DNA from: an uncultured Candidatus Saccharibacteria bacterium
GTDB taxonomy: Bacteria; Patescibacteriota; Minisyncoccia; UBA6257; GWB1-50-10
Reading direction: 5' to 3'
NCBI GenBank assembly: GCA_964476325.1
Contig: CAYYYM010000001.1
Location: 1-44,578, forward strand
Length of the DNA: 44,578 nucleotides
Below are positions 18,406-26,844 of the stretch, in pieces. Within the stretch, counting starts at the first letter, position 1, and the number at the start of each line of letters is the position of its first letter. Under the pieces are notes generated by a model. It was not told the DNA's origin. It was given only the letters and a program-made list of their open reading frames with translations, and ran no database searches. Both the position numbers and the translations under genes were made by a program.

Positions 18406-20364
18406 ATGTCACTGCAAGAATTGTTCATACTCAGTGCGACGTTCGTGGGGCTTGCGTTCGGAGGCGTACTTGCCGCCGTCATCGCCCGGACCAAGGTGGT
18501 CTCCGAGGACGTGCGGAAAATATCTTCGTACATCAGCGAAGGGGCGCGGGCCTTTTTGAAGAAAGAGTACGCCGTCATTGCGCCCTTCGTCGCCGTCATC
18601 GCCGCCGTCGCCGCGTTCGTTGACTGGCGGATGGCAATCGCGTTCCTCGGCGGCGCGTTTTTCTCGGCGCTCGCGGGAAACATCGGCATGCGCATCGCCA
18701 CGTCCGCGAACGCGAAAACCGCCGCGGCCGCGAAGGAAAGTATCCAGAAGGGATTGCGCATCGCATTTTCGTCCGGCACCGTGATGGGACTCTGCGTCGT
18801 GTCACTCGGCCTCTTGGGTGTTAGCTTGCTCTATCTCGCGTTCCGCGACCCGCAGATTATTTACAGCTTCGGATTCGGCGCATCGCTCATCGCACTCTTC
18901 GCGCGCGTGGGCGGCGGTATTTACACCAAGGCGGCTGACGTCGGTGCCGACCTCGTCGGTAAGGTGGAACGGGGGATTCCTGAAGACGACCCGCGCAACC
19001 CTGCCGTCATCGCCGATAACGTCGGGGACAATGTCGGGGACGTCGCCGGCATGGGAGCCGACCTCTTCGAGAGCTACGTTGACTCCATCATCGCCGCCAT
19101 GGTTCTCGGAGCGGCACTCGTCACCGCGGGCGGCAGCGCCGTCGTCTTCCCGATGATCATCGCTGCGCTCGGCATCTTCGCGAGCATCGCGGGAAACCTC
19201 GTGAGCTCCGCGTTCAAGAACCTGAAGCCGCACCTGACGCTGAACGTCGGTATCTGGTCCGCCGGCGCGCTCGTCGTCGGCGCGGCGTTTATCGCCACCA
19301 CGCTTTTCTTCGATTCCCTGAACGTATTCTATGCGATTCTCACCGGGCTTGTCGCCGGCATCATCATCGGCTCGGTCACCGAGTATTACACCTCGGCCGA
19401 CCATAAGCCGACCCGCGAGATTTCCGAAGCGTCGAACACCGGTGCGGGGACGAACGTCATCTCGGGGCTGGCGCTCGGTATGCTCTCCGTCGGCATACCG
19501 GTCATCGTCGTTTCCGCCGCCATTATCCTCTCGTACCACCTCGCCGGGCTCTACGGCGTCGCGATGGCCGCCGTCGGCATGCTTTCGACCCTGGGCATCA
19601 CGCTCGCCGCCGACACGTACGGCCCGGTCGCTGACAACGCTGCCGGCATCGCCGAAATGGCGGGCCTGGGGCCCGAAACCCGCGCCCGCGCCGAGGAGCT
19701 CGACGCGGTCGGCAACACGACTGCTGCCATTGGCAAGGGGTTCGCCATCAGTTCGGCGGCGCTCACGGCCGTCGTCCTCGGCATCAGCTATGCGAAGGTT
19801 GCCGGTTTGGAAACGGTCAATCTCATCAATCCCACCGTGCTCGTCGGCGTCTTTATCGGCGGTCTGATGCCGTTCCTCTTTTCTGCGTTTTCCATGAAGG
19901 CGGTGGGAAAGGCGGCGTATGGCATCGTCTCGGAAGTCCGCCGGCAGTGGAAGGAAATCCCGGGGCTCATGGAGGGTACCGCCACGCCGGACTACACCCG
20001 GTGCGTATCCATCAGCACGCAGTCGGCGCTGAAGCAGATGGTCTTGCCGGGCCTCATCGCACTCGCCGCACCCGTCACCATCGGCATTCTTCTCGGCAAA
20101 GAGGCGCTCGGCGGATTCCTCGCCGGCGCGGTGGTTTCCGGTTTCATGCTCGCCATCCTCATGGCGAACTCGGGCGGCGCATGGGACAATGCCAAGAAAT
20201 ACATCGAAGCGGGCAACTACGGCGGGAAGGGGTCCGATGCGCACAAGGCGGCGGTTGTCGGAGACACCGTCGGCGACCCGTTCAAGGACACCGCTGGCCC
20301 GTCGCTCAACATTCTTATCAAGCTGCTTTCCATCATCTCGCTCATCATCGTTCCGTTTCTGTAA
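18406..20364 (+). CDS. hppA: membrane-integral ion-translocating pyrophosphatase
   Basis: 652 aa, polytopic; DNVGDNVGDVAGMGADLFES, DTVGDPFKDTAGPSLN. GNTTAAIGKG carries the Ala variant that the literature associates with K+-dependent enzymes. Confidence 0.95.
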   Translation: MSLQELFILSATFVGLAFGGVLAAVIARTKVVSEDVRKISSYISEGARAFLKKEYAVIAPFVAVIAAVAAFVDWRMAIAFLGGAFFSALAGNIGMRIATSANAKTAAAAKESIQKGLRIAFSSGTVMGLCVVSLGLLGVSLLYLAFRDPQIIYSFGFGASLIALFARVGGGIYTKAADVGADLVGKVERGIPEDDPRNPAVIADNVGDNVGDVAGMGADLFESYVDSIIAAMVLGAALVTAGGSAVVFPMIIAALGIFASIAGNLVSSAFKNLKPHLTLNVGIWSAGALVVGAAFIATTLFFDSLNVFYAILTGLVAGIIIGSVTEYYTSADHKPTREISEASNTGAGTNVISGLALGMLSVGIPVIVVSAAIILSYHLAGLYGVAMAAVGMLSTLGITLAADTYGPVADNAAGIAEMAGLGPETRARAEELDAVGNTTAAIGKGFAISSAALTAVVLGISYAKVAGLETVNLINPTVLVGVFIGGLMPFLFSAFSMKAVGKAAYGIVSEVRRQWKEIPGLMEGTATPDYTRCVSISTQSALKQMVLPGLIALAAPVTIGILLGKEALGGFLAGAVVSGFMLAILMANSGGAWDNAKKYIEAGNYGGKGSDAHKAAVVGDTVGDPFKDTAGPSLNILIKLLSIISLIIVPFL

Positions 20365-20543
20365 AGAGGGATTTTGCAGCTAAACGTGCAGCCCACTCGT
20401 CTCTGCAGCAGACCCGCGCAGGGCGAGCCCGAGCGTGAACGCGTCCCGCACGCGGGGCGGGACGACGTGTTCTGCGGAATGAGACGAAGTGGGCGGAAGG
20501 GGTCGTTGTCATTATGCCGCACCGCAGGTACACTGAACGATAT

Positions 20544-22655
20544 ATGGAAACGCGCTTCGACCACACGAGGGAACCGGAGCTGTATAATCAGTGGGAAGCG
20601 GGTGGGTATTTCTCCCCCGAGGGGTGCAGAGAGCGTGGCGTTGCGAAACCCGATGCGCTCCCTTTTTCAATCGTTCTCCCGCCGCCGAACGTGACGGGTG
20701 ATTTGCACATCGGGCATGCGGCGATGCTCGCCATCGAGGACATTATCGTCCGCTACCATCGTATGCGGGGCGACCGCACCCTCTGGGTGCCGGGCACGGA
20801 CCACGCCGCGATCGCCACGCAGGCGAAAGTGGAGCGCGAACTTTATGAAACGACCAAGACGACCCGATACGACCTCGGACGGGATGCGTTTCTGGAACGT
20901 GTCGAGCAGTTCGCCGCGGAAAGCCACGGGATAATCGTGAAACAAATCCGCGCCATGGGAGCGTCCCTCGACTGGGGGCGGGAAGCGTTCACACTCGATG
21001 ACGAGCGGAGCATCGCCGTCCGTACCGCGTTCAAGCGGCTCTACGACGACGGCCTTATCTACCGCGGGACGCGCCTCGTCAACTGGGACCCGAAAGGTGG
21101 CACCACCGTCTCCGACGAAGAGGTGACGCACGAGGAACAGAACGGAACGCTGTACTATTTCAAGTATGCCGCCGATTTCCCCATCACAATCGCGACGACG
21201 CGTCCCGAAACGAAAGTGGGCGACACTGCCGTTGCGGTGAATCCGAACGACGCGCGGTATCGGCAGTACGTCGGCAAGGAATACGATGTGGACTTCATCG
21301 GCGTACCGCTCCATCTTACGATCGTCGCCGACGATGCGGTCGACCCGGCGTTCGGCACCGGCGCGGTCGGCGTCACTCCCGCACACAGCTTCGCCGACTG
21401 GGACATGGCAGAGCGGCACCACCTTCCCGTGCTCCAGGTCATCGACGAGCGGGGGGCTCTGATGGTCGGCGACGAGCGCCTGAAGGGGCTCGACATCCAC
21501 CGCGCGCGGAAACACATCGTCGAGCGCCTCAAGGCGGCGGGGCTTTTTGGAAAGGAAGAGCCCATCACCCAGACGATCGCAAAAGCGGACCGGAGCGGCG
21601 GCATCATCGAGCCGCTCCCGAAGCTGCAGTGGTTCGTGAATGTGGTAAAGGAAGTGGATGGGAAATCGCTGAAGGACCGCATGCGCGAGGCGGTTGCGAG
21701 CGGGAATATCAAGATTCTCCCGGAACGGTTCGAAAAGGTGTATTTTCACTGGATCGACAACCTGCGCGACTGGTGCATCTCGCGGCAGATCTGGTACGGA
21801 CATCGGATACCGGTGTGGTACCGCGGCGCGGAAATGTACGTCGGCATCGAGCCGCCTGCTGGCGATGGGTGGGGACAGGATCCCGACACGCTCGACACGT
21901 GGTTTTCGTCGGGCCTCTGGACGTTCTCAACGCTCGGATGGCCCGCGGAAACGAATGATTTGAAAACATACCATCCCACCACGCTGCTCGAGACCGGCTA
22001 CGACATCCTCTTTTTCTGGGTGGCGCGGATGGTGCTCATGAGCACGTATCTCCTTCACGAAGTCCCGTTCCGGACGGTGTATCTGCACGGCATGGTACGC
22101 GATGCGAAGGGCAGGAAGATGAGCAAATCGCTCGGAAACGGCATCGACCCTCTGGATCTGGTCGGGAAATACGGCGCGGACGCGACGCGGCTCGCGCTCG
22201 TCATCGGCGTCGGCCCGGGAAGCGACATGAATCTGTCTGAGGATAAGATACGCGCCTATCGCAACTTCGGGACGAAGATCTGGAACGTCGGGAGGTTTCT
22301 TGCGATGCGGAGGCCGGAAGGTTTCACGGACGACGCGACGGCGGGGGACGCGCCCGCGTCCGTCGCCCGCGTGAGGGATGAAATCACGAAACACCTCGAC
22401 GCCTACGAGCTGCACCTCGCCGCGGAGCAGGCGTACGACTATTTCTGGAACGAGTTCGCAAACGGGATGTTGGAAGCGCTCAAGCCGGATCTGCAGAGCG
22501 GGGATGCGGCGCGGGCGCGGGCGGCGTACGCGCAGCTCCGCGTCGTTTTCCGCGCATGTCTGAAGCTCCTCCATCCCTTCATGCCATTCGTCACCGAGGC
22601 GGTGTGGCAGGAACTCGGTCTCGGAGATGGTATGCTTATAGGAGAGCGATGGTAG
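20544..22655 (+). CDS. valS: valine--tRNA ligase, short form lacking the C-terminal coiled coil
   Basis: Start at METRFDHTREPELY; PPPNVTGDLHIGHA, TTRPETKVGDTAVAV (editing domain), KMSKSLGN. It ends shortly after HPFMPFVTEAVWQEL. Confidence 0.92.
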   Translation: METRFDHTREPELYNQWEAGGYFSPEGCRERGVAKPDALPFSIVLPPPNVTGDLHIGHAAMLAIEDIIVRYHRMRGDRTLWVPGTDHAAIATQAKVERELYETTKTTRYDLGRDAFLERVEQFAAESHGIIVKQIRAMGASLDWGREAFTLDDERSIAVRTAFKRLYDDGLIYRGTRLVNWDPKGGTTVSDEEVTHEEQNGTLYYFKYAADFPITIATTRPETKVGDTAVAVNPNDARYRQYVGKEYDVDFIGVPLHLTIVADDAVDPAFGTGAVGVTPAHSFADWDMAERHHLPVLQVIDERGALMVGDERLKGLDIHRARKHIVERLKAAGLFGKEEPITQTIAKADRSGGIIEPLPKLQWFVNVVKEVDGKSLKDRMREAVASGNIKILPERFEKVYFHWIDNLRDWCISRQIWYGHRIPVWYRGAEMYVGIEPPAGDGWGQDPDTLDTWFSSGLWTFSTLGWPAETNDLKTYHPTTLLETGYDILFFWVARMVLMSTYLLHEVPFRTVYLHGMVRDAKGRKMSKSLGNGIDPLDLVGKYGADATRLALVIGVGPGSDMNLSEDKIRAYRNFGTKIWNVGRFLAMRRPEGFTDDATAGDAPASVARVRDEITKHLDAYELHLAAEQAYDYFWNEFANGMLEALKPDLQSGDAARARAAYAQLRVVFRACLKLLHPFMPFVTEAVWQELGLGDGMLIGERW

Positions 22656-23314
22656 TGCTCATATTCATCCTTGCCGTCCTTGCCGCGTTCATACCCGGTC
22701 TCTTGTGGCTTTTCTTGTTCCTGAAAGCCGACCGGCATCCCGAACCGAAATCGCTCCTCATCTACACCTTCGGCATCGGCATGGTGATGAGCATCCCCAT
22801 CGTCGCGGCGCAGATGGCGAGTGAATGGTTCACGTCCCAGTTCACCCAGGGCATCCTCATTTCCATCTTTTCGCTCGCGTTCATCGAGGAGGTGTTCAAA
22901 TGGGTCGCGGCATACCTCGCGGTGCGGAACAATCCCGCCTTTGACGAGCCGGTTGACGCCATGGTGTACCTCGTCACGGCGGCGCTCGGGCTCGCGACCA
23001 TCGAAAACTTTTTCGTGCTTTCTTACGTGCTCGGCATGGGCGGCATCGGCGCGCTCGGAGGCGTTCTTGACATCACCGTGCTCCGCTTCGTCGGCGCGAC
23101 GTTTCTGCACGCCGTCTCGAGCGGTCTCGTCGGCTACTTCTGGGCGAACGGGAGACTCGCTAAGGGACTTGTCATCGGGACGGTCGTGCACGGCGTCTTT
23201 AACTATCTCGTGCTCGTCTTCCAGACGCAAAACCTCCTTCTCGTGCCGACGCTCTTCCTCATCGGGGCGAGTTTCGTGGTATTCAAGGACTTCCAGCGGC
23301 TGGCGCTCAAGTGA
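22649..23314 (+). CDS. PrsW-family intramembrane metalloprotease
   Basis: Start at MVVLIFILAVLAAFIPG (ATGGTAG overlap with the valS stop). Motifs FIEEVFKW, DAMVYLVTAALGLATIEN and FLHAVSSG. Confidence 0.75.
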   Translation: MVVLIFILAVLAAFIPGLLWLFLFLKADRHPEPKSLLIYTFGIGMVMSIPIVAAQMASEWFTSQFTQGILISIFSLAFIEEVFKWVAAYLAVRNNPAFDEPVDAMVYLVTAALGLATIENFFVLSYVLGMGGIGALGGVLDITVLRFVGATFLHAVSSGLVGYFWANGRLAKGLVIGTVVHGVFNYLVLVFQTQNLLLVPTLFLIGASFVVFKDFQRLALK

Positions 23315-23332
23315 CCTTGCCGCGCCGGCCCG

Positions 23333-24400
23333 TTGTGCTATACTGAATCCATTAGTACATTATCCGACAACGACGTCTCCCCTATACGGGAGATTTTTCA
23401 TAGAGAGGTTATCTGGGTCGTCGGGCTGGCGCTCGTCATCGGAGGCGTAGGGCTCGGCGTTCCCGACGGCGTCCCGGCGAGCGCGTCCCTCGCGCTCGCG
23501 CTCGGCGGCCCCGCTTTCTATGACGCCCCCGCGGCGGCAACTCCTTCCTATGCGTACGCCGCCGCGCCCCGCGCCGTCGCGGAGCCGAAGAGCGAGGATA
23601 TCAAGCCGCTCTTCATCGGGGAAAGCGGCGCAGCCGTCGGCGCCGCAGAGCCGGCGAGTAACGTCATCCCCCTGCGGCACGGCTTGAAGAAATATAAGGT
23701 GCAGGACGGCGACACGCTCTCTGGCATCGCCGCGGGTTTCGGCATCTCGCTCAATACCATCACGTGGGCGAATCCGGAGACGCGCACGGCCGCTCTTCAT
23801 CCCGGTCAGGAACTCACCATACTTCCCGTGACCGGGTTTTTGTATACGCTGGAGGAGGGCGACACGCTCGAGGACCTGGCGGCGCGATACGGCGTGAGCG
23901 AAGCGCTCATCATCAAATACAACCCCACCTATCCGGCACTGCTCGCCTCGCCGGGAGAACAACTCGTCCTGCCGCACGCCGAACCGGTGAACACGTGGGC
24001 GTATCTACAGAGTGCCGCGCAACGGCTGCCGAAACTAGATGACTACTTCGCGCTGCCCGCCCGAGGATGGAACTGGGGCAAGCTTCATTACGACAACGCC
24101 GTTGACATCGCCGCCAAATGCGGCGACCCCGTCTACGCCGCCGCCGAAGGCATCGTCGAGGAAGAGTCGTCGGGCAACTATTGGAACGAGGGATACGGGA
24201 ACTACGTCGTCGTCCGCCACGCGAACGGGACGGAAACGAAATACGCCCACACGTTGAAGAACCTGGTCTCTGTCGGTGACTACGTCCTGCAGGGCGAGGA
24301 AATTGCGCTCATCGGCAACACCGGCAACGTGAGCGGGCCGACCGGCTGCCACCTCCATTTCGAAGTGCACGGGGCGCAAAATCCGTTTGCGGCGCCGTAA
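23333..24400 (+). CDS. LysM-domain M23 family peptidoglycan endopeptidase
   Basis: TM helix, two LysM repeats (YKVQDGDTLSGIA; YTLEEGDTLEDLA), and M23 motifs (GYGNYVVVRHANG, GNTGNVSGPTGCHLHFEV). The start is uncertain: there is only a TTG at 23333, and a TGCTATACT box (23336..23344) lies just inside it. Confidence 0.78.
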   Translation: MCYTESISTLSDNDVSPIREIFHREVIWVVGLALVIGGVGLGVPDGVPASASLALALGGPAFYDAPAAATPSYAYAAAPRAVAEPKSEDIKPLFIGESGAAVGAAEPASNVIPLRHGLKKYKVQDGDTLSGIAAGFGISLNTITWANPETRTAALHPGQELTILPVTGFLYTLEEGDTLEDLAARYGVSEALIIKYNPTYPALLASPGEQLVLPHAEPVNTWAYLQSAAQRLPKLDDYFALPARGWNWGKLHYDNAVDIAAKCGDPVYAAAEGIVEEESSGNYWNEGYGNYVVVRHANGTETKYAHTLKNLVSVGDYVLQGEEIALIGNTGNVSGPTGCHLHFEVHGAQNPFAAP

Positions 24401-24402
24401 CG

Positions 24403-25299
24403 TTACGTCTTTCGGCGTTTCCCGTGGAACGCCTTGTGGATTTCTTTCAACTTCTTGTTCGTGAGGTGCGTGTATACCTGCGTCGTTGAGACGTCGGCGT
24501 GACCGAGGAGCTCCTGCACGGAGCGCAGGTCGGCGCCGTTTATCAGTAAATCGGTGGCGAAGAGGTGCCGGAGCGTGTGCGGGTGGACGCTCGAGCGCGC
24601 GATGCCGGCGCGCGCCGCCGCGCGGGTCGTGAGCCGCTCAACCGCCCGCGGCGTGATGCGGCCGATGACGTTCCCTTTCCTGTCCAGGCTCACGAAGAGC
24701 GCCTCGTCGGCGTCGGTGCGGGCGTCAAGATACGCCTTGAGTGCGTCTCGGGCGTCGTCTGAGACGAAGACAACCCGCACCTTGCCGCCTTTCCCCCGCA
24801 CGGAGAACTCGCCGCGGGACAGGTCCATGAAGCGGTCCAGCGAGCACAGCTCGGACACCCGCAGTCCCGTCGAGAAGAGGAACTCAAGTACCGCCTTGTC
24901 CCGCGCCGCGCGGAGCGGCGGCTCGTCCCGGGCCGGTGTGGCAAGGAGCCGCTCGAGCTCCCGGTCGTCGGGGATTTCAATGTCGCTCCGCTCCGTCCGG
25001 GGAAGCTCTATCTTCTCGGGGGAGAGGGACGGGATGTCGCGCTTCACGAGATACCGGAGGAACGCGCGGAGCGCGATGAGGTAATAGTTTTGGGTTAGTT
25101 TTTTGAGGTCTCGGCGGGCGAGCGCGATGCGATACCGGCGCACCAGTTCCCCGTCGATGTCCGCGGGCGACGTCGCGCCGGTCGCTTTGACGAAATCGCG
25201 CAGGCGGCGCGCATAGGTGAGCCGCGTCCGCGGCGAGCGGTTTTTCTCTATCTCGAGATAGTCGAGGAATTCTTCAATTCGCCGTTGCAGCTGGGTCAT
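24403..25299 (-). CDS. xerC: tyrosine site-specific recombinase, XerC/XerD family
   Basis: Start at MTQLQRRIEEFLDYLEIE (ATGA overlap with the upstream stop); FSTGLRVSEL, HTLRHLFAT, LLGHADVSTTQVYTH. Confidence 0.88.
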   Translation of the reverse strand: MTQLQRRIEEFLDYLEIEKNRSPRTRLTYARRLRDFVKATGATSPADIDGELVRRYRIALARRDLKKLTQNYYLIALRAFLRYLVKRDIPSLSPEKIELPRTERSDIEIPDDRELERLLATPARDEPPLRAARDKAVLEFLFSTGLRVSELCSLDRFMDLSRGEFSVRGKGGKVRVVFVSDDARDALKAYLDARTDADEALFVSLDRKGNVIGRITPRAVERLTTRAAARAGIARSSVHPHTLRHLFATDLLINGADLRSVQELLGHADVSTTQVYTHLTNKKLKEIHKAFHGKRRKT

Positions 25300-25637
25300 C
25301 AATCCCGTTCGCGGCAGGAAAGACACCGGATCGCCGAAGGATTCTGCTTCAGGAAATCGAACGGAATGTCCGCGCCGCATTCCTCGCAGACGCCATAGTT
25401 CCCGGATTGGATGCGGGCAAGCGCTTCGTCGATGCGGTTCAGGTGGCCCTTCAGCGCCTGCGACACGCCGAGATAGTTCGCGTATTCTTCCGACTCGTCC
25501 GTCTCCTCGTCTCCCGAATCGACGTCGCTGCCGAAGTCCAGGCTTTTCTCATATCCCTTCAGGAGCCCGAGTATCTCCTCGCGCTTCTCTTCAAGGGCGG
25601 TTTTCAGCTCTTTGATTTGTTGCTCTCCCAGTGCCAT
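25299..25637 (-). CDS. DksA/TraR-family C4 zinc-finger protein
   Basis: 112 aa; coiled-coil N-terminus, acidic loop, and CEECGADIPFDFLKQNPSAIRCLSC. Confidence 0.75.
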   Translation of the reverse strand: MALGEQQIKELKTALEEKREEILGLLKGYEKSLDFGSDVDSGDEETDESEEYANYLGVSQALKGHLNRIDEALARIQSGNYGVCEECGADIPFDFLKQNPSAIRCLSCRERD

Positions 25638-25646
25638 ACGGATAGT

Positions 25647-25655
25647 ATTATAGCA
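25647..25655 (-). promoter_or_regulatory. extended -10 box TGCTATAAT, 9 nt before the dksA-like ATG
   Basis: The minus strand reads GGTGCTATAATACTATCCGTATG, with no SD. The same bases read TATTAT on the plus strand. Confidence 0.45.
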
Positions 25656-25661
25656 CCGATG

Positions 25662-25789
25662 CCCAGTAAAACTACACCGATATCCAAAGGATGGGCATCA
25701 TAACGCAGACATTATGGACAAACCGTATACAAGGTCAAGAACTTCTCATACCGCCCGTAGCTTTATGCTATCGGTGTAGTTTTACCGGG
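25662..25789. repeat. 128-bp inverted-repeat element (21-bp arms, 20/21 paired, 86-bp AT-richer spacer)
   Basis: CCCAGTAAAACTACACCGATA (25662..25682) pairs with TATCGGTGTAGTTTTACCGGG (25769..25789). The right arm ends 2 nt before the tsaD ATG. Confidence 0.85.
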
Positions 25790-25791
25790 CG

Positions 25792-26844
25792 ATGCGAGTA
25801 CTTGCCATAGAAACGTCCTGCGACGAGACCGCGCTCGCGCTCGTGAATTTCTCCTGTGGAGAGGAAGGGTGTGACATCGCTATCGAGGCCGAGGAGGTGG
25901 CGTCGCAGGTAGCGCTCCACCGCCCCTACGGCGGCGTCGTTCCGAACGTCGCCAAGCGCGAGCACGAGCGGAATCTGCCCGTTCTCTTCGAGCGCATTTC
26001 CGGCCGCGCCGGGTTTGACCCGAGGTCCGTCGACACGGTAGCGGTGACGGTGGGGCCGGGACTCGACCCGGCGCTCTGGGCGGGCATCACGTTTGCCGAA
26101 GAACTGCACAGGAAGCGTTTCCCACACGCGCGACTCGTCGGCGCGAACCACCTCGAGGGGCATCTGTACAGCTTTCTTTTGTCGGACTCTTTGAAGGGAA
26201 CTAAGTTGCCGCTCACCGGTGATTGGGACTTAGTTCCCTTCAAGAATGTATTCCCCGCGGTTCACCTCCTCGTCTCCGGCGGGCACACGATGCTCGTCCT
26301 CATGCGCGGCGTGAAAGAACGCACCGTGCTCGGCGAGACGCGCGACGACGCAGTCGGGGAAGCGTTCGACAAGGTGGCGCGCCTCCTGGGACTCCCGTAT
26401 CCCGGGGGACCCGAGATAGAGCGTCTTGCCTCGGCGTACCGAAAACCGCCGTCAATATCGTTCCCGGAGCCGATGGCGCACTCGGGGGACTACGATTTCA
26501 GCTACTCGGGGCTCAAAACCGCCGTCCGGTACTATCTCCGCGGACATCCGGGCGCGGACGTATCGGAGATTGCGCACGCGTTCCAGGAAGCGGCGTTCGC
26601 GCCGCTTGTCCTGAAAGCGAAGCGCGCGCTCGAGGAGTACGGCGCGGCATCACTTATGCTCTCCGGCGGCGTGGCGGCGAATCATGCGCTTCAGGAAACA
26701 TTGAAAGAACTCTGCTCCGACGAGTGTCGTTTCTTCGTCGCGCCCCTGCGGTACAATACAGACAACGCGACGATGATTACCATCGCTGCGTACGTCAACA
26801 GAATGGGGTACGAACTCCGTTCGCAGCCGAATCTCAGTTTGTAG
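25792..26844 (+). CDS. tsaD: tRNA N6-adenosine threonylcarbamoyltransferase TsaD
   Basis: MRVLAIETSCDETALAL, NHLEGHL, LLVSGGHT, GLPYPGGP, FSYSGLKT, SGGVAANH. Carries an extra segment (see repeat 26191..26243). Confidence 0.93.
   Translation: MRVLAIETSCDETALALVNFSCGEEGCDIAIEAEEVASQVALHRPYGGVVPNVAKREHERNLPVLFERISGRAGFDPRSVDTVAVTVGPGLDPALWAGITFAEELHRKRFPHARLVGANHLEGHLYSFLLSDSLKGTKLPLTGDWDLVPFKNVFPAVHLLVSGGHTMLVLMRGVKERTVLGETRDDAVGEAFDKVARLLGLPYPGGPEIERLASAYRKPPSISFPEPMAHSGDYDFSYSGLKTAVRYYLRGHPGADVSEIAHAFQEAAFAPLVLKAKRALEEYGAASLMLSGGVAANHALQETLKELCSDECRFFVAPLRYNTDNATMITIAAYVNRMGYELRSQPNLSL
26191..26243. repeat. 53-nt near-palindrome (REPIN-like doublet) inside the tsaD reading frame
   Basis: TTGAAGGGAACTAAGT (26191..26206) and ACTTAGTTCCCTTCAA (26228..26243) are perfect 16-nt inverted arms. 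The 21-nt spacer contains the palindrome TCACCGGTGA. Confidence 0.85.

Noticed and set aside
20365-20543. Possible T-box or other leader upstream of valS.
   Set aside because: The region is only about 180 nt. I found no specifier-loop/T-box consensus or terminator/antiterminator pair, only one GC hairpin.
25659-25703. A 14-codon ORF (MPSKTTPISKGWAS) inside the inverted-repeat element.
   Set aside because: It has no SD and is very short. It is fully explained as a by-product of the repeat arms.
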